Of a stretch of DNA of 64,000 bases, positions 26,759 through 36,731 are shown piece by piece. This DNA is from an uncultured Candidatus Saccharibacteria bacterium. Lineage in GTDB: Bacteria; Patescibacteriota; Minisyncoccia; Phycocordibacterales; CSBR16-119. The stretch spans positions 112,739 to 176,738 of the forward strand of contig CAZHCS010000001.1 of the NCBI GenBank assembly GCA_964531475.1. Reading direction: 5' to 3'. The notes beneath the pieces were generated by a model. The model did not search any database. It worked only from the letters and a program-made list of their open reading frames with translations, and was not told where the DNA came from. Positions within the stretch are counted from its first letter, which is position 1. The number at the start of each line of letters is the position of its first letter. The position numbers were made by a program, and so were the translations under genes.

Positions 26759-27313
26759 TTATCGAACGATCTCGGTGACATCGATCATATACCACTCTTT
26801 CCAGACACCATCAGAAGTATCACGCATGCGCACGACGACATTCTCGCTTTCTTGCAAGACTACGAATTCCCTTTTTGTATCAGGACCTTCACACACGGCA
26901 TATGCGAAAGGTATGCCTGCCTCGGTTGCTGTATCGATGAAATCAACTTCGCGGCATGTGCCAGGATGAACGCCGAGCTTGTATGGCCGGCCAAATGAGA
27001 TAGCGTTGCCATTTCGAGTAAAGTCAGCGAATTCCATCTTGAGCCACGTTTGGTCCGTACCCGCGACTTCTGGACTTTCTGTATCAAAAACCCAGCGCAC
27101 GCCAGAGAATTCATATTCGTAATCCCCCGCCACAACCGGCTGCACAGCAGTAAGCGCAGTATCAGTCTCGGCTTGCGTGTCAGCTGGAGTATCTTCGGCG
27201 CGATCCTTCGGTCCGATGAAGACGATAAGTAACACAACAACAAGAACAGCAGCCCCGACCACCTTAGTTATAAGTCCTCCCACCTTCTGCTCTCCGTTAT
27301 TTTTTTCTGCCAT
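26759..27313 (-). CDS. Hypothetical membrane-anchored protein
   Basis: N-terminal TM helix followed by an acidic extracellular domain. Confidence 0.7.
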   Translation of the reverse strand: MAEKNNGEQKVGGLITKVVGAAVLVVVLLIVFIGPKDRAEDTPADTQAETDTALTAVQPVVAGDYEYEFSGVRWVFDTESPEVAGTDQTWLKMEFADFTRNGNAISFGRPYKLGVHPGTCREVDFIDTATEAGIPFAYAVCEGPDTKREFVVLQESENVVVRMRDTSDGVWKEWYMIDVTEIVR

Positions 27314-27410
27314 AGTAACCAAAGTTTAGCATTTCCACTTTCTAGAGTAAAAGCCTTGATTTCGAGCAATATTTTATGTATTCTGTCTGGGTCTTTTCGC
27401 AAGAAAATAC

Positions 27411-27485
27411 GGCCCTATCGTCTAACGGTTAGGACGTGGCCTTCTCAAGGCTAAAATCGGGGTTCGATTCCCCGTAGGGTCACCA
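27411..27485 (+). tRNA. tRNA-Glu(CTC)
   Basis: GGCCCTA/TAGGGTC acceptor stem, anticodon loop TT-CTC-AA, GGTTCGATTCC T-arm, encoded CCA; TTGATT-17-TATTCT promoter at 27356-27384. Confidence 0.95.
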
Positions 27486-27550
27486 CTTCGTGCTAGCACG
27501 AGAAGCGTACAAATAGCCTAATTTGAATATAATCTGTTTGATATTTATTT

Positions 27551-29044
27551 ATGAACTTTATAAACCTATTATCAATACTAGAATCAAAAAATAATTTATC
27601 GGATGATTTATTTAATAAGTACTTAGAATACCTAAACGTCAATCTTGAAGATAACGAAACAGGAGATCTATTAAAATTGACAGAAAGGTTATTTGGAGAA
27701 TATCAAAGTTCAGATATCTTTGATGGGTACTATATTGGATACAAAATACCGCAGATATCAAAAGAGTTTGATTTACTAAGAATCACAAAAAATTCGGTTA
27801 TTAATATTGAATTAAAATCTGGTGCGAGTGAAGAAAGTGTAAAAAAACAGTTAATACAAAATAAATATTATCTTGATTCTCTGAGGAAAGAGAAAATTTA
27901 TAATATTACATATAAATCAAACGAAGATAAGCTTTATATTCTTGATAGGAAGAAAGAGTTATGTGAGTTAGAAGTAAAAGACTTACTAGAAATTTTATTG
28001 ATGGATCCTCCCATAAAAGAGGATTTGGATTCATTATTTGATCCGTCTGAATTTCTTGTATCACCTTTCAATAATACCGATAAGTTTATAAAGGATGAGT
28101 ATTTTTTGACAGACCATCAAATAAAAATTAAGAAGTCTATAATAGAGACAATCGCGAAAAATGAGTTTAGCTCTTACGCTATCTCTGGTAAAGCAGGTAC
28201 AGGAAAAACTTTACTCGTGTATGACATAGCGAAGGAAGTGATGTCTATTGCGAATAAAGTGCTAATCGTTCATTGTGGAAAATTAAATAACGGACATATT
28301 AAGTTACGGGATGAGCATAACTTCGATTTAATTCCGATAAGTGCTTTTACAGAGCAAAGAGTTAAAATGAACTACAGTTTAATTATCTTTGATGAAGCCC
28401 AAAGAATTCGTTCGAGACAATTGACTGTAATTTTAAATAATAAAGGAAAATTTAATTACTTATTTAGTTACGATAAAACCCAAACACTAAGTCTTAGAGA
28501 TGGTAAGCATGGTCTTAAAACTGCCGCTGAATTATATGAGGGAATAAAAAACCATTTTGAATTATCTGAAAATATAAGAACGAATAAAGAAATTGCCTCT
28601 TTCATCAAAAGATTTGTTGACAAAAGTGACAACGTATCCCGAAGAGAATATAAAAATATTACAATACAATACTTTCAGCACATAAATAATGTCACTAGTT
28701 ACGTAAGAAATCTTGAAGATAATGGATGGGTTTATGTAAGTTATACTCCCCAAATGTTCGGGAGTCCGATATATGAAAAATACAATACAATTTCTAAATC
28801 ATTACAAAATGCTCATGATGTTATAGGACAAGAGTTTGATGACGTTGTTGTGATTGTTGGAGAAAAATTTCTGTATAAAGAAACGGGCGAATTAACTCAT
28901 CAGATAAACGGCCCATATATGCCACACAAAATGCTCTTTCAAGCCATGACTAGGGTGAGAAAAAAACTTAAAATAATTATAGTCAATAATCCTGAAATTT
29001 TAGAAAGATGTATAGAGATATTAAGTCCACCTAAAAAAGCATAG
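27551..29044 (+). CDS. DUF2075/Schlafen-group-3-like SF1 helicase with N-terminal nuclease-like motif
   Basis: EFDLL...NIELKS (PD-(D/E)xK-like), GKAGTGKT, IFDEAQR, IGQEFD, QAMTR; markedly AT-rich. Confidence 0.8.
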   Translation: MNFINLLSILESKNNLSDDLFNKYLEYLNVNLEDNETGDLLKLTERLFGEYQSSDIFDGYYIGYKIPQISKEFDLLRITKNSVINIELKSGASEESVKKQLIQNKYYLDSLRKEKIYNITYKSNEDKLYILDRKKELCELEVKDLLEILLMDPPIKEDLDSLFDPSEFLVSPFNNTDKFIKDEYFLTDHQIKIKKSIIETIAKNEFSSYAISGKAGTGKTLLVYDIAKEVMSIANKVLIVHCGKLNNGHIKLRDEHNFDLIPISAFTEQRVKMNYSLIIFDEAQRIRSRQLTVILNNKGKFNYLFSYDKTQTLSLRDGKHGLKTAAELYEGIKNHFELSENIRTNKEIASFIKRFVDKSDNVSRREYKNITIQYFQHINNVTSYVRNLEDNGWVYVSYTPQMFGSPIYEKYNTISKSLQNAHDVIGQEFDDVVVIVGEKFLYKETGELTHQINGPYMPHKMLFQAMTRVRKKLKIIIVNNPEILERCIEILSPPKKA

Positions 29045-29475
29045 GAAATATTACCGCTACAATGTGTCACTTTTCACCTATGTACGAGAAGGGCCATTGG
29101 GTCATAGTAAAAGTATTAGAAATAACGTTACATGGTAAGGAACCATTTGGTTCTATCTGCTGAGCACTCACAGATACTTGAAAACAAAAACTGCTTTTTG
29201 TTTTCAAGAGATTGTGACGACCGGAGCGATATTTTTGTTTTGCGAAGCAAAGGCAAAAATCGCGAGGTGGGGTCGCGAGAAAATTCTGTTAGGAATTTTA
29301 CTTGTGACCACACAACTTGACTTACTATAGATTATATAGTATTATTTCATTAAATTTCTTTCAAAAGTTACTTGCTTTGCCATAGCCAAAAGAGGCTTTA
29401 TTTAGGCCTTTCCTGGCTATGGCAAATGACGCCTACGCTCCCACCTCGGATTAGAGGTAACAAAAACACAAAACA

Positions 29476-30147
29476 ATGGCTTACAAAAAAGTCGTTGAGG
29501 CGTTGGGTGAATACCCTGCGTCTGTTCTCGAGCTACTCAAGAAGTGGCTCGAATGGTTCGGGCATTTCAAACCCCTCCTCGACCGTTTCCACCAGCTTCG
29601 CAAGGAGGATCTGATGGGACTGATTCACGGGACGCACGAAATCGTGCGAGTAAGGGAAGACGAACCGATCGTAGTCTTCCGTGGGATCTCTGCACGGGTT
29701 GATCTGGATGCAAAACCCACCTGGCCAGAAGATTTCGGCATCCCCGAGCACTTCGGCTTCGGAAATGTGGATGTCCAGAAGAGGTCTCCGAACGATCTCT
29801 ATGTCAACGGAAAGAAGGTCATTCTGTATCAGTCTCCCAAGCAGACGGATGGTGGAGATCCAATTTGGGGATGGGAGGTGCTCAATGAACTTCCTAAGAG
29901 GGTTGTGTTGAACGCCACACTACACAACTTCTTGCAGAAGAACGAGGACTTCATTCCTGAAGACTGGGGCGCTGATGCTGATGGTAAGGTCATCTACATC
30001 TACTTCCTGGGAACTAAGTTCTTCCGAAGGGATGCGGAAGACCAGCGGGTCTTCTTGTATAAGAGGGCTGGCAAGTGGCACTACAGCCGTGGCACGCTAA
30101 GTCGGCAATGGGGGGCTAACGTCTACCTCGCTCGTTTGGAAGACTAG
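29476..30147 (+). CDS. Hypothetical protein (stand-alone gene)
   Basis: 223 aa; TTGACT-17-TATTAT at 29317-29345; AACAAAAACACAAAACA leader; terminator at 30170-30197. Confidence 0.75.
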   Translation: MAYKKVVEALGEYPASVLELLKKWLEWFGHFKPLLDRFHQLRKEDLMGLIHGTHEIVRVREDEPIVVFRGISARVDLDAKPTWPEDFGIPEHFGFGNVDVQKRSPNDLYVNGKKVILYQSPKQTDGGDPIWGWEVLNELPKRVVLNATLHNFLQKNEDFIPEDWGADADGKVIYIYFLGTKFFRRDAEDQRVFLYKRAGKWHYSRGTLSRQWGANVYLARLED

Positions 30148-30169
30148 CAAGTAACCAACACCGCAACAC

Positions 30170-30197
30170 ACAGGCGCTTCCTTCGGGAGGCGCCTGT
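30170..30197. terminator. Intrinsic terminator
   Basis: ACAGGCGCTTCC-ttcg-GGAGGCGCCTGT. Confidence 0.75.
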
Positions 30198-30262
30198 TCT
30201 GCTTTATTTTGAATAAACTAGACCCAAGCTCTGAAAATCAGCTATACTTGTTTTTATAAAAT

Positions 30263-30625
30263 ATGAAAACATCAATCACAAAACAATTTCGCTTCGAGGC
30301 TGCGCATTCTCTGCCAAATCACGATGGCAAATGCCGTAACTTGCACGGGCATTCGTACCTACTAGAAGTAACCATTTCTGGTGACATAGTAAGCGATGGC
30401 CCAAAGACCGGCATGATTATGGATTTTTCTGATCTCACGAAAATCGTGGACGAAGAAATTATCAACCAGTGGGATCACCAGTTTTTAAACGATATACTCC
30501 CCTTCACTACGAGCGCAGAACACTTGGCACAAGAATGCTTCCGCCGGCTTCAAAATCGCAAATTAAATATTGAACGTATCAGACTTTGGGAGACTTCGAA
30601 GTGTTACGTAGAGGTGGAAAAGTAA
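30263..30625 (+). CDS. queD: 6-carboxytetrahydropterin synthase (QueD/PTPS)
   Basis: FEAAHSL...KCRNLHGHSY, WDHQFLND, RLWET. Confidence 0.9.
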   Translation: MKTSITKQFRFEAAHSLPNHDGKCRNLHGHSYLLEVTISGDIVSDGPKTGMIMDFSDLTKIVDEEIINQWDHQFLNDILPFTTSAEHLAQECFRRLQNRKLNIERIRLWETSKCYVEVEK

Positions 30626-30706
30626 CCTCTAATCTAGCCAAACACCAATTTCCGTGCTATGATAACGGCTCGTTAAATTTATATTTACCAATAATAGTAA
30701 CGCCCT

Positions 30707-31336
30707 ATGATTGATGAACGACTTCAAATCGTCGACGAATTGACCGGAGAACCGACCGGCGAGCATTTGTCGCGCAAAGAGACTCTCGAAAACAAACGCT
30801 GGTGCCGCACGACAAATATCTTCGTCTTGAACTCCAAAGGAGAGATCTTGTGCCACCAGCGCTCGCTCAACAAAGAGCGCTTTCCTGGCGCCTGGTCGAC
30901 CCATTTCGGCGGCCACGTGACCGAGGGCGAATCTTTCAAGATTAGTGCCCTCAAAGAGCTAGCCGAAGAAGTTGGCATTTCCGTCAACGCGTTTCAACTC
31001 ATCCCATGGCGCACGAGCAAAAAATCCGTCAGCCGCATCTGGGTCCGCGACTTTATCACCGTCTATGACGGCCCTATAGAAAATTTGAAAATTCAGAAGT
31101 CCGAGATCGAAAAGGTGCAGTGGTTCAATGCTGAAGACATCATGGCCGAACTCGATGCCGAAAGCGACGACGCTAACGAATGGCTCGCCGGCACACACGA
31201 TTTTTACGCCGACTACCAGTGCATGCGCGCGGTCTTGACTGCAACCATCGATGCGGGCATTTTCGGCGGAGATTTCATCCCGCTAAAGACTTGGCACCCA
31301 CTCGCAAACGCCTCGAAATCTCTCGCTCCGCAATAA
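30707..31336 (+). CDS. NUDIX hydrolase (IDI-like subgroup)
   Basis: GGHVTEGESFKISALKELAEEVGI Nudix box. Confidence 0.88.
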   Translation: MIDERLQIVDELTGEPTGEHLSRKETLENKRWCRTTNIFVLNSKGEILCHQRSLNKERFPGAWSTHFGGHVTEGESFKISALKELAEEVGISVNAFQLIPWRTSKKSVSRIWVRDFITVYDGPIENLKIQKSEIEKVQWFNAEDIMAELDAESDDANEWLAGTHDFYADYQCMRAVLTATIDAGIFGGDFIPLKTWHPLANASKSLAPQ

Positions 31337-31347
31337 AAATCATTCGG

Positions 31348-31379
31348 AAACAAAAATCCCCGTTCGGGGATTTTTGTTT
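31348..31379. terminator. Bidirectional terminator
   Basis: AAACAAAAATCCCCG-tt-CGGGGATTTTTGTTT between convergent genes. Confidence 0.8.
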
Positions 31380-32129
31380 TTAGAGCCTCTTCAAAACTAA
31401 GCACATAAAAAGTGGTATTTCTTTGCGGGCCTTGTCTTCGGCTTTGGCCATGGGACCCTTTTCACTTTTTCGGTGCGAAATCCATTCTTCTATTTTCGTG
31501 ATAGCGAAGCCTTCTTTCAAAAAGGATTTCGAGTACACCTGGAGCGGTCGATGGTACGACAGTGTGTATTCTCCCGAACCCGCGCCAGGCGCCATGTCTA
31601 TTTTCGTTTCCATTTCGCTCATATATGCGTCGATACGGCGATACTGGGCCTTGGCTTCCCTATCTGTTTCCCACGACGAATGTTTCGGCATACGGAACGT
31701 AGGATGGTTGAGTACAATCACAACTCGTCCGTCTTTTTTCAAAAGACGGCTCATATTTTTTACAACCGCGCCCAAGTCTTTCATGTTTTGGAGCGCGAGA
31801 ACAATAATTATGACGTCAAACTTTTCTCCTTGGAGAATTTTCTGGTCTTCAGCATTGCCAGCCAAAAATTTCGCATTCGCAATATTTTTCTTGGCGATTT
31901 CTATCAACTCTTTGCCCAAGTCGACTCCTACAACATGCTTGGAAATTTTAGAAAATTCCGTAACGAAAAATCCCTGGCCGCAGCCGATTTCGAGGAGCGA
32001 TTCGTCAGGCTTCAAATCGACAACTCGTACAATATTTGGCAACACTACTTGCGCATGATACGTATTATCTCCATCAAGATGCTTGTCGTACCAATCAGCA
32101 ACCTTGCCCCAGGAAGTGTCTTTTTTCAT
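31380..32129 (-). CDS. Class I SAM-dependent methyltransferase
   Basis: LLEIGCGQG motif I. Confidence 0.88.
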   Translation of the reverse strand: MKKDTSWGKVADWYDKHLDGDNTYHAQVVLPNIVRVVDLKPDESLLEIGCGQGFFVTEFSKISKHVVGVDLGKELIEIAKKNIANAKFLAGNAEDQKILQGEKFDVIIIVLALQNMKDLGAVVKNMSRLLKKDGRVVIVLNHPTFRMPKHSSWETDREAKAQYRRIDAYMSEMETKIDMAPGAGSGEYTLSYHRPLQVYSKSFLKEGFAITKIEEWISHRKSEKGPMAKAEDKARKEIPLFMCLVLKRL

Positions 32130-33137
32130 CTAGAATACTTTCTGCTCCTTTGGAAACGGCGGATAGATATCAGGATCGATGGTGCGAGCAAAGCATGTAC
32201 GGCCGGCATCGTGGTCCCAAGAATCACCACCGATTCCCGGATACGGACGAGCCGAAATCGCCGCATCTTCAGAAAAGCCGTCAAACATTGGACGTACGCC
32301 GCCGTATTCCTGCCAGCCTTGTGGCATCACTGCAGAAAAATTGGCGCAAAGTTCAAACGTCATATTTTCTGTTTTTTTGTACTCATAAGTATTTCCCTTT
32401 TCAAACTCTGGATCAACTGGAATCATAAAGCCTGAAAGCGGGTTGGAAAGATCTTCGAGCTTTTCCGGTAAAACTTCTTTTTGTTGCCAGTAGTTAATAA
32501 CTTGCCACTGGATGGATTGCAAGTCCTGCGTGCGGCGTTCGTCGAGACGCCATGCGCGCTGTTCGGCAGGTGTGCCGATGACCGAGAAACTCCAAACTAT
32601 AAGTAGTACTACGAGAGCGGCAAATATCGACGGGCTCCAGGTGTGAATATTGAACGGGCCCCACTTCTTCTGTCCTCGCAACTCCATGACGTAATAAAAC
32701 CCAACTTTGGCCGCGACGATAAGGGTTATACCGACCTTCAAAAGAAAACGAGTTGTAACTTCACCGGCTACGAAATATTTGACCAATGTCACCAAGTCCA
32801 CAATAGCAACCGCGGCCGCCAAAAACATAATTAGATAAAGCATCCATTTGCGGATGACGTCGTCGATGCGGCCCAAACTTCCGCGTGCAGCCTTGCGCCA
32901 GAAATGCGAAATAATGAGGTATGCCGGCAGCATGATGATAAGCGTTGCCATGGCCGAACGTGCGGCGTCAAAATTGTACGTGTTGTAGCCGTAATAGTAG
33001 ACGGCGTTCAGGGCGTCTGGGAATTTGTGGTTGAGTGTCTGAAAGACAAGATTGAGAAACGACGTTACGGTCGCAATAAGCGTCACCAGAACGCCGAGCG
33101 AGAGGAAAAAGAATTTTGGTGAAAGTTTGTTGTCCAT
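32130..33137 (-). CDS. Multi-TM protein (DUF5671-like)
   Basis: SPKFFFLSLG...RKWMLYLIMFLA...DERRTQDLQSIQ...FELCANF. Confidence 0.7.
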   Translation of the reverse strand: MDNKLSPKFFFLSLGVLVTLIATVTSFLNLVFQTLNHKFPDALNAVYYYGYNTYNFDAARSAMATLIIMLPAYLIISHFWRKAARGSLGRIDDVIRKWMLYLIMFLAAAVAIVDLVTLVKYFVAGEVTTRFLLKVGITLIVAAKVGFYYVMELRGQKKWGPFNIHTWSPSIFAALVVLLIVWSFSVIGTPAEQRAWRLDERRTQDLQSIQWQVINYWQQKEVLPEKLEDLSNPLSGFMIPVDPEFEKGNTYEYKKTENMTFELCANFSAVMPQGWQEYGGVRPMFDGFSEDAAISARPYPGIGGDSWDHDAGRTCFARTIDPDIYPPFPKEQKVF

Positions 33138-33180
33138 AGGAAATAATGAATTGTAATAAAGCCATTATACCACGAAAAAC

Positions 33181-34902
33181 CTACCTATCCGGCGGGATTT
33201 GGTAGTACGACAAGAGGAATTCGGCCAGATTAAAGAACGGTTCTGAGAGTGTTTCGGCGGCGTAGCGGACACCCTGCGGCGAACTGATGGATAGAAAGAC
33301 TAGGAATTTTGGATCATAAGACGGAAAATAACCAACAAAGGTGTGGAGGTTGCGGTCTTCGTAATAGCCGCCCTTTGGATTTGGTATCTGTGCTGTACCG
33401 GTTTTGGCAGCGACACTGTATCTATCCATTTTATATTTTCCGTCACCATAGACATTGTCGACACTGTACGTCAGCATCTTTGAAATAGCGCGACTTGTTT
33501 CTTCTTTCAAGACTTTTGGTTCGTCTTCTTTCGGATAATCAAAAGATTTAGTACCGCCAACATCGTCATAATCTATTTCTTTTACAACATGCGGACGGAC
33601 CAAATAACCGCCATTACCAAGAGCCGACCACGCACGCACGAGCGCCATCGGCGAAAACGAAATACCCTGTCCGAAAGAAATGTTGGCGTATTCGAGCTCA
33701 CGCGGTTCGTCCAGGTTAGATACCAAACCCTTGGCCTCGTTCGGCAAATCGACGTTAGTCTTTTCGCCGAGACGGAAATCCAGCATGTATTCTTTGAACT
33801 TTGGCCGGCCGATTTTTTGCATGGCATAGACCATTCCAGTGTTTAAAGACTCTGACAAAACAGTTTGCATTGTCGTCTGGCCGCGCCCTCTTTTGTCGAA
33901 GTTCTGGATTAGCTTGTCCTCTACCTGGACCGAGCCCTTGTCATAAAACGGCGTAGATTCGGAAATTACTCCAAGGTCTATACCAGCGGCGATGACGAGT
34001 GGCTTTACCACCGAACCGAATTCATAGCTATTTTCGACGAGCGGATTGGAGAATATAGAAACGTCTTCGACTTCTTTGAAATTGTTTACGTCAAATGTCG
34101 GCACGTGTGCGAGCGCGTATAACTCTCCGGTTTGCGGACTCATTATGATTCCGCTAGCAGATTCTGGGCTATAGCGTTCCATAACAGCCTGTAATTCTTT
34201 TTCGAGCACACTCTCGACCGTCGGCTCGATGGTTGTTACGATATCGCCCGAACGCTCTTCGCCTTCGAAAACGACTTTTTTGACACCAGAAAAAATCTCG
34301 GCAAAAACGTTCACGTATAAATCTTCTGGTTCTTTTGCCAGTGTTTCGTTGTAATATTTTTCTAGTCCGTATTGGCCTGACAAAGTATCCCCTGCTCCAA
34401 AACCGACGAAACCAATAGTTTGCGCGGCCATGCTTGTGCCTGGATAAAAACGCCAGCGATGCTTGTAAAGAGAGACTCCCGGTAGTCGAAGTGCTTCGAT
34501 AGCATCTGCCTCCTCGCGAGATATCTCGTCGGCAATTTCTTCATAAGGATCATCTTTTTTGTCGGCGGCCTCGAAAAAGGCTTCGCGATCAATAGAAACA
34601 ACATCGGAAAGAGCGTCGTAGGTCGCCGTACGATCCTTTACGAGAGTTGGGTTTATCGTCAGCATATAACCCGTTTTAACTGTGGCTGCCGAAATGCGAC
34701 TACCATCACGTTTGGTAAAGAAAATAGAACCGCGGTCAAATGTGTCAGATGAGCGCTGATACGAACGGTCAGCCATGTCTTCGTAGGCTTCATTTTTTAC
34801 TACTTGTACCGAAAAAAGTTTGATTACAAAAAATATTCCAACAAGAGTCATGCAAAGAACCAGGACCCGAATACGTGAGAGAAATGTACGACTGCCGTCC
34901 AT
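33181..34902 (-). CDS. ftsI: Class B penicillin-binding protein (FtsI-like)
   Basis: GSVVK (SxxK), SLN, KTGTAQ; in mraZ-rsmH-ftsL order. Confidence 0.85.
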   Translation of the reverse strand: MDGSRTFLSRIRVLVLCMTLVGIFFVIKLFSVQVVKNEAYEDMADRSYQRSSDTFDRGSIFFTKRDGSRISAATVKTGYMLTINPTLVKDRTATYDALSDVVSIDREAFFEAADKKDDPYEEIADEISREEADAIEALRLPGVSLYKHRWRFYPGTSMAAQTIGFVGFGAGDTLSGQYGLEKYYNETLAKEPEDLYVNVFAEIFSGVKKVVFEGEERSGDIVTTIEPTVESVLEKELQAVMERYSPESASGIIMSPQTGELYALAHVPTFDVNNFKEVEDVSIFSNPLVENSYEFGSVVKPLVIAAGIDLGVISESTPFYDKGSVQVEDKLIQNFDKRGRGQTTMQTVLSESLNTGMVYAMQKIGRPKFKEYMLDFRLGEKTNVDLPNEAKGLVSNLDEPRELEYANISFGQGISFSPMALVRAWSALGNGGYLVRPHVVKEIDYDDVGGTKSFDYPKEDEPKVLKEETSRAISKMLTYSVDNVYGDGKYKMDRYSVAAKTGTAQIPNPKGGYYEDRNLHTFVGYFPSYDPKFLVFLSISSPQGVRYAAETLSEPFFNLAEFLLSYYQIPPDR

Positions 34903-34904
34903 GA

Positions 34905-35219
34905 TTAGCGAGGTGTTGCAAGAGATACCATTGTCGTAAAGCGTGTGTCAGGCGCATCGACAAAACCGAGCGCGTAAGCCTTTTCGATTGTCAGTGTATC
35001 GTTCATGGCAAGTGTAGAAAGCTCGAGTTCGCTTATTTCAGCTGCAATAGCGCGCTGCTCGGCTTCAATATTTTTAGTATTCACTAGCAAGAATACTGTA
35101 TTGCCGATAAAGAAAATGTAAGCAAAAAATGACAACGCCGCAAGAAGCGCCAAAACATATAGCGCCTTCATATCGCTCGCGTTCTTTAAAATATTTATTC
35201 GTACGTTTGCGTTGTTCAT
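34905..35219 (-). CDS. FtsL-like cell division protein
   Basis: TM + coiled coil + AYALGF, between rsmH and the PBP. Confidence 0.65.
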   Translation of the reverse strand: MNNANVRINILKNASDMKALYVLALLAALSFFAYIFFIGNTVFLLVNTKNIEAEQRAIAAEISELELSTLAMNDTLTIEKAYALGFVDAPDTRFTTMVSLATPR

Positions 35220-36097
35220 AATTTTTCAATGATTCGTAATTGTGCACTGCGCGCTCGCGGATTTTCGCGCAACTCTTCTGTACTTGGCGTGATCGGCTTT
35301 TTGGTGATAAGCGTTCCCTCTTCAGCCTTGGCCCAATCTCTAAACGTATGCTTGACTATGCGGTCTTCGAGACTATGGAAAGTGATGACGGCAAACCTTC
35401 CTCCCGGCTTCAAAATATCCCATCCGGCGACTAGTGCTGCGCGCAGACTTTCAAGCTCGTCATTTACAGCTATTCGCAGAGCCTGAAATGTTTTGGTCGC
35501 CGGATGAATCCTGCCGCGCTTGTAAAACGAAGGGACAGCGTGCTCAACAACTTCGACTAAACGAGCTGTTGTGTCTATGGGCGCGTGCTCTCTCGCTTCG
35601 ACAATTTCTCGGGCGATTCGACGAGCGAAACGTTCTTCGCCGTAACCATAAATGATGTTTGCGATATCTTCTTCGTCCCAGCGATTGACTATGTCGGCCG
35701 CATCAAACTCTGCTTCGGAAATCTCTTTCTTGAGAGTCATCCGAAGAGGCTCATCGCGCAAGAAACTAAGTCCCCTACCAGATGATTCGAGTTGATCGGA
35801 ACTGTAACCGAGGTCAAGCGCTATGCCATCCACTTTTTCACCCGCGAGCTCTTTCGCCATGTCGCGAAAATTCGCCAAGTGATAAGTGATTGCGGGCGAA
35901 AGCGGCGCCAAGCGCGCTTTCGCCCGCTCTATAGCGTCGGCATCTAGATCGAAAGCGTGGATGGCAACACGCTGTCCGAACCGGCGAACAATTTCTTCGC
36001 TATGACCGCCAGCACCGAGCGTGCCGTCAATCGCGACCTCGCCCGGCTGCAAGTCGAGCGCGTCGATCGTCTCTTGTAAAAGGACTGTTCGGTGCAT
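35216..36097 (-). CDS. rsmH: 16S rRNA m4C1402 methyltransferase
   Basis: MHRTVLL, DGTLGAGGHS, FQALRIAVNDEL, FHSLEDR, NPRARSA. Confidence 0.95.
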   Translation of the reverse strand: MHRTVLLQETIDALDLQPGEVAIDGTLGAGGHSEEIVRRFGQRVAIHAFDLDADAIERAKARLAPLSPAITYHLANFRDMAKELAGEKVDGIALDLGYSSDQLESSGRGLSFLRDEPLRMTLKKEISEAEFDAADIVNRWDEEDIANIIYGYGEERFARRIAREIVEAREHAPIDTTARLVEVVEHAVPSFYKRGRIHPATKTFQALRIAVNDELESLRAALVAGWDILKPGGRFAVITFHSLEDRIVKHTFRDWAKAEEGTLITKKPITPSTEELRENPRARSAQLRIIEKL

Positions 36098-36098
36098 G

Positions 36099-36533
36099 CT
36101 AGATGACACCCGCGCCGCCGAGCTTTTCGGCCAACGCATCTGCCTGTTTCTCTACCTTCTCCTTGTAAGCAGCCCACGACTTTTCGTTCCAGATCTCTAA
36201 CCGGTTCTGGACGCCGACAAGAGCTGCTTTGGCCCGCAGGCCCGCACGCTCTTTGAGGAAATCCGGCAAGAGCACGCGCCCAATCGCATCGACCGAAACC
36301 TCTGTCGCTCCGCCGAACATAAATCGGTTGAACGAACGGTTATCCGCGGCGAGCATCGAGAAGCCGGAGAGTTTTTCCGAAATCTTTTTCCATTCGCTCT
36401 TTGTAAATACAAAGAGACACTGGTCGAGACCGGGCGTAATCACGAGATCCTTGCCCATCTCCTTTCGGAATTTCGCCGGAAGTGAGATGCGGTTCTTTTC
36501 ATCGATTGTGTGTATGAATTCACCGATGAGCAT
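36099..36533 (-). CDS. mraZ: Transcriptional regulator MraZ
   Basis: MLIGEFIHTIDEKNRISLPAKFR, DAIGRVLLP, LEIW. Confidence 0.95.
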   Translation of the reverse strand: MLIGEFIHTIDEKNRISLPAKFRKEMGKDLVITPGLDQCLFVFTKSEWKKISEKLSGFSMLAADNRSFNRFMFGGATEVSVDAIGRVLLPDFLKERAGLRAKAALVGVQNRLEIWNEKSWAAYKEKVEKQADALAEKLGGAGVI

Positions 36534-36547
36534 AAAAATATTACTTA

Positions 36548-36613
36548 CCACTTCATCCCACTTGAGTTAAATTATACACCACTTTGTCCCACTTGAAAAA
36601 ACTATTTCCCACT
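36548..36613 (-). promoter_or_regulatory. Putative MraZ operator (GTGG boxes in helical phase)
   Basis: CCACT at 36548, 36558, 36579, 36589, 36609; matches the GTGG repeats known upstream of mraZ. Confidence 0.75.
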
Positions 36614-36731
36614 CGGTTTGGGGATAACTTCAACGCTCACCAGGCCAGGTCAGAATCCGACAGTATCGTTCGGGTTAGAAAGCGATTGACAGCTAAAAAA
36701 TATGGTTGTACTATAGAGCAAAACCTACCCC

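Noticed and set aside
27421-27428. TCTAACGG in the tRNA-Glu D-arm resembling the start-codon element's end
   Set aside because: 8-nt match within a normal D-loop; no partner repeat or ATG duplication.
27411-29320. Complete integrative element at tRNA-Glu
   Set aside because: No integrase and no duplicated tRNA 3' end found.
29132-29320. 62-aa ORF after the helicase gene
   Set aside because: Overlaps the double-hairpin region and has no recognisable motif; more likely non-coding.
30263-30625. queD as part of a 7-deazaguanine DNA-modification cluster
   Set aside because: No folE, queC, queE or dpd genes adjacent in this window.
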